From positions 1,100,913-1,164,912 of the forward strand of contig CAJINV010000019.1 of the NCBI GenBank assembly GCA_905178155.1: DNA of 64,000 nucleotides, written 5' to 3'. The DNA is from Amoebophrya sp. A120 (lineage: Eukaryota > Protista > Dinoflagellata). The notes beneath the pieces were generated by a model that was not told the DNA's origin, did not search any database, and was given only the letters and a program-made list of their open reading frames with translations. A program made the position numbers and the translations under genes. This document shows positions 38,201 to 49,538 of this stretch, one piece after another (position 1 is the first letter of the stretch; each line of letters starts with the position of its first letter).

Positions 38201-38772
38201 ATTGTAGTGCTGGCTGGCGCGGGTAAGCCTTGCATCTTCAGCATGACAGGAACCAAGTGCATTGCCCGGGACAGCATGACAAAGTGCCTAAAGATAGGCC
38301 GGGGGTGTGGCTCTTCACCTTCCAGCAATACAGGTAGATTTGTGTACACAAATCGCGCATCAGAAATCTCCTTTTGATATGGGGAGGGGGGATTTTTCCT
38401 CACAATACCAATCCCCGCGGTGATCAAAGTCCGAGTAACCCGCGGCGTTGGTCTATCCTGAGTAAAAACGTACCCACACCAGAGTTGTAATGCAGATTTG
38501 CAAAGACAGGAAGACTTGTAATGCGCATCCGCATGAGAGCCATTTCCAATCGTGTTTTGGAATTTGTGATGCTGTGAACAGGATGAGCAGACGAATCTGC
38601 GATGCGGCTGCACTTGCTAGCCTGCACTACATCACTGCAGAGTGCAACTTGTCATGCGTGACTCACAAAACTCCTAGGTTTGTGTTGCGAAATCCCCATC
38701 CTGACTCTGGTGTGGGTAGGTTTTTACTCAGGATATGGTCGCCCGGGCCCGGTCCTGCTTGGCCGCGTGCAT
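35254..38772 (-). CDS. CWC25: Pre-mRNA splicing factor CWC25-like
   Basis: RIDWMYEG, GALF, KKVHEDPMFKIKEEE, K-rich and RS-rich middle, LSAEEKQRRLNEMM. The N-terminus is atypical, so the start is uncertain. Confidence 0.75.
35291..35542. mobile_element. Introner family A
   Basis: TSD tttcc/tttcc; excision gives ARLEKGLTDNLERD*. Confidence 0.92.
35610..35802. mobile_element. Aged introner (family C-like)
   Basis: Flanks gcggt/gcgtt; TIR ..gcaaaagtat; 193+5 nt is in frame and stop-free. Confidence 0.8.
37428..37678. mobile_element. Introner family A
   Basis: TSD tacat/tacat; restores IDWMYEG. Confidence 0.94.
37735..38043. mobile_element. Introner family E
   Basis: TSD ctgtc/ctgtc; frame restored. 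Confidence 0.92.
38099..38407. mobile_element. Introner family E
   Basis: TSD ccaat/ccaat; frame restored (GDWKPG). Confidence 0.92.
38454..38735. mobile_element. Introner family D
   Basis: TSD tggtc/tggtc; frame restored. Confidence 0.92.
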
Positions 38773-38789
38773 GGTTGCGATTCGACTCT

Positions 38790-39054
38790 TATCAAATGTA
38801 AAAATGTCTGGGTATGGAAGATTGCCAGGTTTGTCATGCATGTTTTGCATGACCCCTGACGTCTGTGATGCATGCCCTAGCATCACAGATTTTGTGAGGG
38901 CTACCTGATGCCTATACCGCATGACAAATGCTCTTTCAGAGCAGCAAAACTTGGACTCTCTTTCTTGCTGCTCATGCAATACAGATTTTTTTACAATCCA
39001 AAACCAGCATGACAAATTGGATTCTTCCAGACCCAGACATTTTTACAGTTGATA
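38790..39054. mobile_element. Family A element in 5' UTR or upstream exon of CWC25
   Basis: TSD actct/actct; 18 nt upstream of the putative ATG. Confidence 0.9.
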
Positions 39055-41071
39055 ACTCTTTCGACTCTGCCGATTTTGGATAGACAGCTATAGAAAAGGC
39101 AGCTCTTGATGTATTCAAATGATTATTTTATCACGCTTAAGTGTCTCATGTTCATCAATTTTTAGACTGTCATGATCAAGCGGTGTCGGACGATATTTTT
39201 AACGTTTTCATATTGCCTACTAACTTTAGCAGTAGATCTTGTTGTCGCGGATCCTCTACCAGGATATCAGTACAACTATTAGCGTGTTTAATGATACTTA
39301 CTTGTGGTCAATATTGCTGCGGTTCCCTGATGTGGTGGTGCAAGGAAAGGGGTAATTGAGATGATCGTCCTATGTGATACAACAACCATCAGAAGAAGTA
39401 CTGATGAAAATTTACACTTTGCGAAACAATTGAGCTATGCAAGGACAAAAAGTTGTTGGGAATGGAAGATCAAATGATATTGGCAAGCAGTGGTGTTCAC
39501 CCAGGTCATCCTTTTCTTTGAAGATCTTGGGCTACTTCTTGTGCTGGGAAATAAATTCTCGTGCTTCGAGGTGTTTTAAATCAACAGACTGCAGCGATCA
39601 GAGTCGTGGGTCGTAAACAAATCTTTTGAAGTAGAAGATCCGTGGCTGTTTTCACAGGCTTTTTTTTTTTTTGGAGACAGGAGTAGATTCTATAAGTACT
39701 TTCACTTCACATCTCACGCACAACTATGATCGCCACGACAAGTGATCTTCCGCCCAGCTCAATTGTACCTAGTACTCTGTTTGCTTCATCACGGTCATGA
39801 AAGTTGATCCAAGAACTTCTTCGTTCTATCGTTTCATACAGTTCCCTGTACAGCTTCATTTCTACCAATTCATTTCGCAGATAATATCAGAGAACAGCAC
39901 CCTGTTTTCACGACCAAGGAAAGCGTAGCCTCCCTACGGAAGGCGTAGCCCACCCGGGGCCCCCCGCATTATTGCTCCAACCAACCGGTTGGGCTACAGC
40001 TCTACTTAAGTATTTTTTCATCACTTTAGGCGTGCATAGATAAAAATGAACGAGTTATACAGTTTTGAAAAGCAACACTGAAGAACCACATCTTCACAGA
40101 ATGAAAACTAGCCGGGCATTTGAAAAAAAATCGTGGGCACAGCCGTTCTCGTCCTCTGTGATTTTTGAAGAAAATCATTTATTTGTTGACCTGGAGGAAT
40201 GTACTTAGTTCCACCTTGCGTACTAACTTAGATCATCTTGACAAGAAAGAACTGATAGGAAAGAGAGTTCGAAAGACTGCCTGGCTATTGCGCTAGTATT
40301 CATAAAAGGCTCCTGAAAAATACTTGCAGAGGAAATGTCTAGGCGAAAAGATGAAAAATCGGAACGGCGACAAAAGCCTTCGAAGTGCGCAAAGCTTGTT
40401 TGAAGTAGTGGGTGGAAAAACGTCGAAAAGTACAGGTATAAATGACACATCAACTCGAAACGAAAATGTAAATGAAGAAATCATATCGTGGAAATAAAAC
40501 CACAGAATTCTTGAGTTGTCGGTAGAGCAGTTTTCTGATCCTCTACTACAGATGAAGCATCGTGCAGTTCCACGAATATTACCTGAATCTTTTGCTACAC
40601 TGAAAACGTTTCATGGTCTGTTTTTCTTGTTCGCGAAGACGAAGAAGAGTCGTGTAATTAGTAAAAAACTCCCCTTGTGCTGTTTGCTTTTGCCTTTGAC
40701 ACTCTACATTTTCACCTTACTATTTTATTGGTTTGCCGGTGCCCGCGGGGCGGGTTCAGTAGAAGTCATTCGGGCCACTTCTGCGCTCGATGAAAATGGG
40801 TACTATCGAAAAAGAACTGTGGTTGTAAAAGAAGACCACTTCGGAGCGATTTTTGCTCCTGATCCTCTTGCTGTCTTAAGGAAAAACTTGTGCTGCTGCG
40901 TTAAGAGCATAAAATGAATTCCGTCGAGATATTAAAGTGTTGTGTTTCTGTTGCGTTGTTTTTCTTTTTCATCGTAAAAATATTTTGTTGTTACATTTTC
41001 AAAAAAAATATGTGTGCATTTGGTACTACTCAGTGGCACGAGCCAACGGCTGCTTTTTACCGCCCATTTCA

Positions 41072-44051
41072 TTACGACACCGTCTTCAGGGAGGCCAGGT
41101 AGGCCATGCCCCACAAGGGCCACCTGGTGGACATGGTGGTATCCAATATGTGTGTGTCAGGATTGAAATCGACAAAGTTGAAATAATTTGTCATGCATAA
41201 AATGGATGCCTCTCGGAAGCCAGTTTCCAAGTGGCGCATGACAAATTTTGGCGGTCCTTAAGCCCAGTTTGTCATGCTGTTCAGGCAAAGAGGGCTGATT
41301 TTCTCATGCTACTTTAGCAGCTCGAGCTCTAACCCCAAACAGGCTTACAATCGGCCTCACTTGCCTGCTCTGCAATACACGTGCCTCGCGTCATGCATTT
41401 TCTGCATTGCAAATTATTTCAACTTTGACGATTTCAAACCTGACGCTTCCATATCCAGATCCGCTGGGGTAAAGATCATCTTTTTCAGCACCTTCTGGCT
41501 CTCGAAGAACATCATCTGTATGAAAGTGTCAGAATCGAAATTGACAAAATCTAAATGATTTGTCATGCATAAAATGGATTCCAGTTCGAGCCCAGTTTCT
41601 AAGTGGCGCATCACAAATTCTGGTGGTGCCTAAATCCAGTTTGTAATGCTGTTTAGGCAGAGAAGACTGATTCTCTCATGCTGCTTTAGCAGCTCGAGCT
41701 ATTACCCCGAACAGGCTTACAAACGGCCTCACTTGCCTGCTCTGCAACGCACGTATTTCGCGTCGTACATTTCATGCATCACAAATTTTTTGATTTTGTC
41801 AATTTCGATCCTGGCACTTCCATAATCTGCGCCTCCTCCGTCGTGTTGGCGACCGCTGCCTGGGTGAACACAGCAGTGAGAAAGCCCATCGGCGATTGCG
41901 CAATCGCGTCCTCGCCAGCGTCGGTAGTATGCATGTTGCAAAAGTTTTGTTCCAATAGGTAGTACCAATCGCGCATGAGTACTAGAGCATGAACACGTAC
42001 TATCAACAAACCGGGTATGAAAAAATGTAAGTTCTATTGTCTTCTTCAAAGTGGCGGTGTCCTTAGCTGCTCCTGTACTTAGACGGAGAGGAAACAGGTA
42101 TTTCTTTTGCAGAGGATAAATGAAGGCTTGCGACAACGCCTTCAGAGCTTCGAGATCGCCGTTGATAATACCTGGAGTTGGAGAGCATTCAAGTAATTAT
42201 ATTTGTGCACAACGACATGTTCTTGCCCTTGCGCATGACAAACACGATGCAGCATGCTTCATCTGCATGTCACAAAATCTTTGTTTTTCATCATCTATAC
42301 CCATGTTCAGTGCGCTCGCGAACTGCTGGAGCTCCGGTTGCACCAAGCCGTCCACTGCTTCGTTGTTTACGCCAGCAAGCACCCTGCGCATGGCTAATTG
42401 TGCGAGAAACCCAAACATCGGCCACATCGGCTGGTAGGCTGTGTTGCGCAGTTTTTGGTAACAAATAAAGAAAAATCCTTGCGATCATCCTCTTGTCTCA
42501 TGCTCTAGAAGTCCATGATGCTGATCTAGCATGACAGGGAGTCACGTTCGAAAGCGATAACAAGAAAGTACCATTCCAAGGGATGTCGAGCAGCAAGGTC
42601 AGCAATGGGGAAGTCAGCTGTTCGTTGTTCTCGATTTGCGTCTTAACTACTGCGCCGTCGTTATCCACCGTTGTGATGGACAAGAGTTGCACCTGCGTGT
42701 TTCGATATTGGATACTTTTTGTCACGAGTGTTTACACTTTTTTACCCGAGCAAGAAAACACTTGTTGTACTCCTCTTGCACGACCACGAAAAAAAACAAC
42801 GAGCAGCACCGTACAGAACTGCTAGTACCGTCCAGATGATTGAACAAACTGCAGGTACTACAACAAAATCCTACCATCAGTTTTCCGACCCCACAGGCGT
42901 CTTGGTTCCCTGCAGACTGCATGTCCTCCAGGACAGAATAGAGTGCCGGCTCCAGTGTGTTGCCCTTGTCCAGTCCGTTGAACGCTGCGTCGGGACCCAG
43001 GATATACCTTTTGTGTTTCTCATTCATGACGAGAAACCTTCAAAAATATCACTTGCAGCACACTTGCTCTGCTTCATTTGCTTTCAGTTTCATCAGACAA
43101 GAATTCAAGTAGAAATCTTCTATAATCCGTGCAGTTTTACCTCATCTTTTGCTGCACGTTGAACCACGATTGTGCGTAGGTTCCGTTTATCAACTGTAAA
43201 AATGTCTGGGTCTGGAAGAATGCATGTTTGTCATGCTTGTCTGGCATGACTCTTAAATCTGTCATGCCCGCTACCCAAGAGCTCCATTTTTCTGTGATGC
43301 AGAAACGCACTTTGTCATGCAAAATAGGCAACAGCTAGAAGCTCAGAAACTTGTCATGCTGAGCCAGCACTTGTGGCCTCATCGTGAGACGCCACCCAGC
43401 ATCACAAGTTTCCAGACCCAGACATTTTTACATTTGATACCGTTCAAGCATAGTAAATCCATCTCCTCCAGTATCGTACGAAAGAACTCTCTCAGTTGTC
43501 TCAAACACTTTATTGCAGTAGACTCACCAATACAAATTTGCTCAGCATGACAAGGAAAACCTGGAAGATCATGCGCGATATGCAAGAGAAATAAACACGT
43601 AGGAACAAGTAGTACCCTTTTCTAGTATTTCTTGCATGTCGAGCATGACAAGGAACTGTCGCAAGGAAGTTCCGCATTACAGGTTGAGACTGAGATAGTT
43701 TTTCCTCACGATATCCAAGCTTGACGCGCCCTCGCCTTGTGGAACAACCGGCTGCACTGGAGCGGGTGCTGTGAGAGTGCCTATGTTGAGAGTACAAAGG
43801 CTTGTTTTTCTGTTATCTGTCATGCATTGTCGTCCAACATGATTTGTCTACGTATCAGTGCAGTTCTGCATGACAAACACAACGACAATTCTAAATAAAC
43901 TACCCAAGTATAGAATTCTACTTGCGTCCATAGTGGGGCTGGCTGCACTCCCTCCCAAGGCTGCCCGTAAGTTGTCAAACAATCCGCCCCCTGACTGTGC
44001 CGATACGCCGGCAACGGCAACACTGGAACTTAGGACCACAACGCGCAACAT
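41072..44051 (-). CDS. Hypothetical, possibly secreted protein (multi-exon)
   Basis: Signal-peptide-like MLRVVVLSSSVAVAGVSAQ. Downstream exons join in frame across elements (LCLNGTYAQ; EEAQMMFF; ADLDTTMS..KTVS*). Internal structure is only partly resolved. Confidence 0.5.
41147..41453. mobile_element. Introner family B
   Basis: Flanks tccaa/tccag; frame restored. Confidence 0.9.
41519..41824. mobile_element. Introner family B
   Basis: TSD atctg/atctg; frame restored. Confidence 0.9.
43188..43439. mobile_element. Introner family A
   Basis: TSD ccgtt/ccgtt; frame restored. Confidence 0.92.
43531..43713. mobile_element. Probable fossil element
   Basis: Right end tttttcctcacgata; flanks accaa/tccaa; internal gcatgacaa motifs; frame consequence unresolved. 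Confidence 0.5.
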
Positions 44052-45247
44052 AGTCGTCGTGTTGTCTTCACAACTACTTACTTGTAGTAAGTGCAACAGC
44101 TAGTGCCTTTCAAGATGAACTTGTCGTGCTCGGATGCGTTTCAAGGTGAACTTTCAAGATGCGTTCGTTTCTTTTATCCTTTTGTTTTTTATCTAGGACA
44201 ACCGAGTTGTCCCAGCTCCTCTTTTTCTCCCTAGAAATACGCGTGGGAAAGTGAGAGTCCGCTTTCACTTACGACTAACGAAATACTTACTTCCAGATTC
44301 AAGCGATAAATTTCTATACTCTTGTTCTCCTTGCAAAAACAGCAAGTAGCGGTGGTAGCGCTAGAACGGCAGTTCACGGCAACTTGGGGCAAAAAAAATT
44401 TCTTCTTCGATCTTCGGGAAGAGAAAAAGGCCAAGAAACTTCAAAGCGTTTTCGAAATGCAGCAAAGGGTATTTGTGATCTTCTGTATCTGTACAGTCCT
44501 CGCCCGCCGAGAAAAGCTCTAGTACTTACGCGGCCGGGGATCGTTACTTACAGATGTTGAAAGCAAATGTAGAATCTTGTCGAGCCAAAACTCCGGGAAT
44601 CAATGTTCCAGCATATCTTTCAACTAGACACAAAAGAATCTGGTACTTATTAATTCACCGCTTTTTAAGGATCGAACAAGAGAGCATGCAAGATTTGTTT
44701 TCAGGTCGTTCTACTCTTTTTTCTTCAGCTGGTCCTTTATCAAACCGCACGTCGAGTGTTTCTACTTATTTCCGACGGGTTTATTTTTTGGTCCTGAGTC
44801 GAGAGGGAAGATGTTTAAGCGTCCAAAAGAAAACTGTCAAAAGGGAAAAAAGAACAAAACGCTAGTGACTGCACAAAACCTTTAGTACGGTGTCCGCTTC
44901 CTCCCGGCTCCTCGCATATACAAGGAAGCCTTTGCTACATTGAAAATTCCTCCTCGGGTGCTGGGAAACTGGTAAACTCTAGAATGAACAACTTAAACCG
45001 ACGTTTTGATCTTTCTTCTTCTTGCGTCTATCTGCTCTCAACTTTTGAATACAAAGTACTGTTCTTGTCAACCATGAGAACACTCACCTCTGAACAGGCC
45101 ACGGACACCATTTTTGTTCTCGTACTTCATTTCACGACGTTGTGAATTGTTCTCTATCGTGGTCAACATTATGCGCAATATCATTATACCTCCCTCCTTC
45201 AAGAGCAGTCAAAATGTGAGTCACTATTTTTCCTCTTCAGTTTTTTA

Positions 45248-48200
45248 TCAATGCATGAACTGGCGTTTGTCACTGGCCTGTCTTTTCCCGTAGGGGTTTT
45301 CCGCGGAGAAGGCGTGGCCGCTCGCGTTTTTCGCCGTTTTGCTCGTTGTTTTCGCACGGTGCTTGATCCCCAACTCGACCTTGGGCGGGGAGTCGAATCC
45401 GAAGGACTTTGCGACCTTCTGCAGATCCAGCTTCTGCACCTCGAAGCAGTCCTTCAGGCTGTGCGCCGCGTAGGCGTGAATGTAGCTCCGGTACGCGTCC
45501 CGGCTGCCCCGGTGCAGGTGGTAGTTCTTTTCAATCAACCGCTCCAGTTGGGTCTGGATGTTGGCCACCTTGTTCTCCGGAAACGTGTACTCGTTCGGTG
45601 TCACGTTTGACTTCTTCAAATACCGGAGGAACCCCAGCTCCTCTGGGAGAAGAAACAAAAGCGCTTTTCCGGTGCCGGTGGCGCCGCGGGCGGTTCGTCC
45701 GACCCGGTGAATGTACTCCCGAGGGTCATCTGGCGGGTCGTACCTGGGAAGAGGTGAAATTATAAGGTGTTTGTCATGCTGAGTACTAACACTTTGCTTG
45801 TTCTTGTTGTGCGGTCAAAGCCTTCGTACCATGCACAAGAGACGCAAATTACAAATCTATGTCGCAAAAAAATAAAAAACAAGTCTTCCAATACTGCACG
45901 ATCCAATCGACTTTCGGGATGTCTAACCCACGCGCCGCCACGTCGGTACAGATCAGCACCCCCGTTTCAGCAGTGGAGAATTGGTGGAACACCGACTGTT
46001 ATGCATTGCAAATATGTCTTGGTCTGGAAACTTGTAAGAATGCTGAGGTGTGAATTATTGAATGCTCTGTAAAATGCACAGCGAAGCATGAGAACTATTT
46101 GCGGGGCTTAGTGTAGTTGCGTTTTCCGCATGACAAACTGTGTTTTTGCATGACAAGCGAAAGGGTATCTTCTTGGACACGCATCACAGACTTTTCAGTC
46201 GTGCCAGACAAGCATGACAGACCTTACATCCTTCCAGACCCAGACATAGTTGCACTGCATAACTGTCGCGCGGACTGCTTCTTGTCGCCGTGGATGCAGT
46301 CCACGGGGAGATCAATATCCTGTGCAAAAGTATCGTACTCGTACTAATTGCTTTTATCCATTACAAATCTTTTTGTTAAGGCAAATCCGCATCACAAATT
46401 TAATTTGTAAAATGCTGAGCTAATTTGTATTGCAATTTATACTAGTACGATGCTTTTGCAGTTCATAGTCAATGTAGTTTAGCAGGTCGTGGTAGAACTT
46501 CACGGCGTGCTTACTGGACATGAAAACCATGATTTTCTTCTTCTTTTCCTTCTTCAAAAAGGTGAACAGCAACAGAAACCGGCGGTCCGCCGGGCAGAGG
46601 ACGTAGCCCTGCTCCAGGCCCGCACGCGTGGCGACGTCCGACTCGCCCTTCACTTCCACGAATACCGGTCGCTTCATCGACAGGCGAACCAGGTCGGCGA
46701 CCTGTAGTTGGGAGAGTCTTGATATATCTTTTTAGGCCGCAAGCAATAGTACAGTCGTTTATTCTAGGCACCTGCAAGCAACACCCAGGGATAAAAAATT
46801 TATGACGTAGGTTGTAAAACTTGTACCTTTTTCGTTTGCGTTGCGGAGAAAAGTGCGGTTTGCCTCTTCTGCGGCAAGAGTCTGCAGATCGCCTTCAGTT
46901 CCTCTTCGAACCCGATCTCCAGGATTCGGTCGGCTTCGTCCAACACCAACGAGCACAAATTGTGGTAGACAAACCCCTTCGTGTTCTGCATGTGGTCCAA
47001 CAGCCGCCCGGGCGTCGCGACCAGCACGGAGACCCCCTTTTCCAGGCGCTTCGCCTCCTCCCGCCGGTTCATGCCCCCCAGGACGACCCCGTGCGTTTGC
47101 GAAATGTGCTTGCAGATTTCCCGGCACACCCCGTAGATCTGGTCCGCGAGCTCGCGCGTCGGGGCGATTACGAGCACGCCGGTGCCGTTGCGCTGATAAT
47201 TTTTTTTCAAGAAATCAACTTTGGATTGGTGGCCGTGGTGCTGCTTTTCTTCCATGCTGTAGTTTTTGCACGGCAGGAAAAGAAGAATTTTGAAAAGAAC
47301 AAAAATATTCGTATGGACGATACACATCATGGAAGATGAACAGAACAGATTTCATACCTGCAAGAACTTGATTTGCACCAAGTTGTCGATCATGGGCACG
47401 AGGAACGCGAGCGTTTTTCCACTTCCCGTTTTCGCCGCCCCCAGGACGTCCTCCCCCCGAAGCAGTGGCGGAATCGACCGGCGTTGGATTTCGAACATCT
47501 TCGTAAACCCTGCCTCATCCAACCCCTTTACCAAATTTTCGTGCAACCCGAGGCTGGCGAAGGTCAAGTCGGTCGTAACCTCCGCCTTCGTCTGCTCAAT
47601 TTTCGATGCAGTTGTTGTAGGTTTCGAACTCGCGGCTGGTTGTTGTTCCGTGGTGGAAATATTACTAGCAACTGCGGCAGAGGACGAGGAGCTGCTAGAA
47701 GAAATCGTTTTTTCCTTCTGAGCAACCTGCAGATCGTCTTGCGGTTTTGATTATCAAATGTAAAAATGTCTGGGTCTGGAAGAGTCATGCTGTTTTTGCA
47801 TGACACAGAAGGTCTGGCATGGAAGCTCTAGCATCACAGGTTTCGAGAAGCTTCCGCAATGCCGAATCCGCATGACAAGTCCCCCATTTTGGTGACAGAA
47901 AGCGGGCAGCTTTTGCTACCTATGCATGAGAGATTTTTCTGTGTTCTGAAATGCGCATCACAAGTTGCATTCTTCCAGACCCAGACATTTTTGCAATCCA
48001 TATTGATGCTGTCGTAGTTGTCTCTGCGTTGTTGATATCGAATGGAAAAATCCCCCCTCCCCATATCGAAAAGGTATGTTTCCGAAAATTTGTCTTGCTG
48101 ATTTGAGACCCCAAATCAAGTCTGTCTTGCAAGAAGACAACTCCGCAGGCTCTGCCGCACTATGCAGGCGGTTTGTCATGCTGTTGGGCCTACAGCATAG

Positions 48201-48737
48201 ATGTTTCTCATGCTAAGCACCTAGGCCAAAAGCTCTCTACTCAGGCTGGGCAGGAGCCTGCAGTCCTCGCCAGCAAGACAGATCTGATTTGAGTACGCAA
48301 ATCCAGCATCAGAAACTTCGTTTTGATATGGGGAGGAGGGATTTTTCCTTTTGATAGTTGATTTCTGCCTCGTCATCGTCTTCCTCTTCCTCCGCAGCTT
48401 CTTCTACCGGCTGGGAGGTTGCATTTATTTCCTCGGAGGAATTCGAATTTGTAGCGTCGCTTTTTGTTGGAGAGACCACGACCACGTTGCGCGTTTGCAC
48501 AACCTTTTTCATCACCTTTTTCTTCAATTTCTTCATAGAAAGGGAAGATGGCGCTGCTGTAGCCGATGCTGCATCTTCTACTTCTGTAGTAGTATCCACC
48601 TTAGCCTTTTTCGCTGCTCTATTGTCCTCGACGACAGAAGCGGTAGAAGTTGCAGGTGCGCTGGCGGCCGCTGCTGTTTCCTCCACACCGCTGGCCGCCT
48701 TTCGCTTCAACTTCTTCTTTTTCATAGCGACAACCAT
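45248..48737 (-). CDS. DDX18: DEAD-box RNA helicase HAS1/DDX18
   Basis: [79 protein letters not shown]. Confidence 0.93.
46000..46261. mobile_element. Introner family A
   Basis: TSD actgt/actgt; restores QSARQSVFHQF. Confidence 0.93.
46316..46467. mobile_element. Introner family C
   Basis: Flanks atcaa/gtcaa; restores [14 protein letters not shown]. Confidence 0.94.
47752..48002. mobile_element. Introner family A
   Basis: TSD ttgat/ttgat; frame restored. Confidence 0.92.
48036..48356. mobile_element. Introner family E
   Basis: TSD gttga/gttga; frame restored. Confidence 0.92.
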
Positions 48738-49538
48738 TTTCGATTTTTTGCAACAGTTGTTTCAATCTCGAGCAGACGTGATATGTTGTAACTCAAACTT
48801 CAATCGGCAGTCGAAGAAAGAGATAGTAAAAGTGATTGGTCGTTTATTTGTGCAAGTACAACTACGTAGTAAAAGCTCTTCAATGTCTAGATCGGTCTGT
48901 CTCTGTGGTAGTCGTTTCGATGGTATCCGATGTGTCGAGCGATACAGAAGATCTATGAGAGAATTTGCGCATAAGCATTTACGTACGCCATCTGGGATCA
49001 TCCGCTTTTTCCGGTCTGTGAGCAGCCAAGCACGAGACCACGAGACCAAATCATTTCTAGACCTGTCAGGTTTATTCACTTTCTACAAGTAAGCAGCGGC
49101 TGCGGCATGCACACAGCAGCATCATCACGAAGCCGAGGCGGATCTTCAAGAATTTATTGTTCAGGATCTTCGTGGAGGTTAACTGAGCACGATTTGCTTC
49201 TTCTTTCGATTGGCTTTTCATCGACAATAATGAACTTCCACTGCCTGTTTTCTCGTTGTTTGAAGAAGGATCTTCTTTCATTCTTTCACTCGATCAACAT
49301 CTGGAGCAGTTCGTTGTATAGATCCGGAGCGCCAGTGTATCAGTAGCAGCTGCCCCACATGCACAGGACCGGCGGTGAAATCTGCTGCTGCTTCACGGAC
49401 ACAATATTCAGAGTCCGACCTTTATTTTCTACCCAAAATTGTTCACTTCATATCCAAAGAACTAGAGAGTGCCAAGACCTTCAACTTCAAAACTTCTTCT
49501 CCGACTTTGTCTGTCAACAAAACTGTTCGCAAATATCC

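Noticed and set aside
39946-39997. Hairpin gtagcccacccgg...ccggttgggctac, and a similar small GC hairpin near 60066-60092
   Set aside because: Isolated short inverted repeats with no TSD, second copy or RNA-family signature.
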